Below, in pieces: positions 63,104 through 64,000 of a DNA stretch of 64,000 bases. The DNA lies in NCBI GenBank assembly GCA_043228905.1, contig JBHGNT010000021.1:11966001-12030000 (forward strand). Direction: 5' to 3'. Position numbers and translations under genes: made by a program. Under the pieces are notes generated by a model. That model made no database searches and had not been told where the DNA came from. It was given only the letters and a program-made list of their open reading frames with translations. This DNA comes from Azolla caroliniana (taxonomy: Eukaryota > Plantae > Polypodiophyta). Numbering within the stretch: position 1 is the stretch's first letter; every line of letters begins with the position of its first letter.

Positions 63104-64000
63104 TGTCGAGCCTCAACGCTTCGATTCACCTTCTTCGCTCGGCCACAACCGAGTAATCGCGGATCAATGGAGCAGAAAATAGGAACCACACGAGAAACAA
63201 AAGAAACGCGAGTACACAGGGATTAACGTGGAAAACCCAGACGGGAAAAACCACGGGAGTACAAGACTCCAAACAACGCTATACAGAGAAGTATACAATG
63301 ACGAGCTCCAAGGCGACGACCTTGAGCTCGCTGTCCTCGCCACAGGCGGCGGAAATACACAGAGGCGTCGTCCTCTTCCTCTCTCGCGTGCTATCTCTCT
63401 CTCTCTCTATCTCTCACGGCTGCTCCCTCTTCACTCCTCTAAAGTGGAAAAACAGAAAAATTAGAAGCAACAGTAAAACAGTTTGCCCTAAGTCATATTT
63501 ATACTTATATGACTTTGGGCTATTTACAATTGTAGCCTCAGGGGCCCATAGCGAACATATTCACGGATATGTCCCTGCATCCGGATCGCTCTCCGGGTAC
63601 ATCCGGATCCGGTACCGAAACCGGGCTTGTCGGCATTCATCTCCGATATCCGACCATCCCATCAGAAGGGACCGTAATCCCAACAAACTCCCCCTTCACT
63701 TCGGCATGGGATGTCTCTCCAATCCGATCCTCTTCCGGCATGCTTCCAGCTTGTCGGGTGTGAGCACCTTGGTCAGCATATCCGACCCGTTCTCGTCCGT
63801 GTGGATCTTCGTCAGCACGAACTCCTTGTCTTCTATCCTTTCCCGGATCCAGTGATATCTTCGCTGGATGTGCTTCGTCCGGGAGTGATAGGCCGCGTTC
63901 TTTGCAAGGTGGATTGCACTCTGACTGTCGCAGTAGAGTCGGTACTCCTCCTGCCGGATACCGAGCTCTCTAATGAAGTCCTTCATCCATATTATTTCCT
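63104..64000 (-). mobile_element. Copia 3' end: LTR 63104-63685, PPT, RNase H (continues beyond the window)
   Basis: TGTCG..CAACA LTR; AACTCCCCCT PPT; CDSQSAIHLAKN..RTKHIQRRYHWIRE. Related to the 46543-52531 family. Confidence 0.9.

Overview
Repeat-dense nuclear DNA from a land plant. Spliceosomal introns, TE-filled giant introns and the LTR families suggest a non-seed plant such as a fern; this is inference only. There are two host genes: a PUB4-like ARM-repeat (U-box family) gene on + (exons ~5420-5695, 15279-16046, 25681-25743) and an intact 5-exon class II DAHP synthase on - (35868-33435). Most of the rest is nested Ty1/copia, Ty3/gypsy, solo LTRs and a decayed LINE holding an organelle-type trnH insert. 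The standout is a 9,579-bp DNA transposon (5696-15274; 36-bp TIRs, TTTA target-site duplication) that splits the PUB exon. It carries two divergent, apparently intact genes: a 926-aa Sola-like DDD transposase, and a 6-exon ~974-aa protein fusing a ParB/Srx-like domain to a prokaryote-type beta-class amino (N6A/N4C) DNA methyltransferase. Intron 1 of the methyltransferase gene holds eight regularly spaced palindromes, several of whose outer arms match the transposon end. All calls were made by eye and motif recall; no database searches were run.
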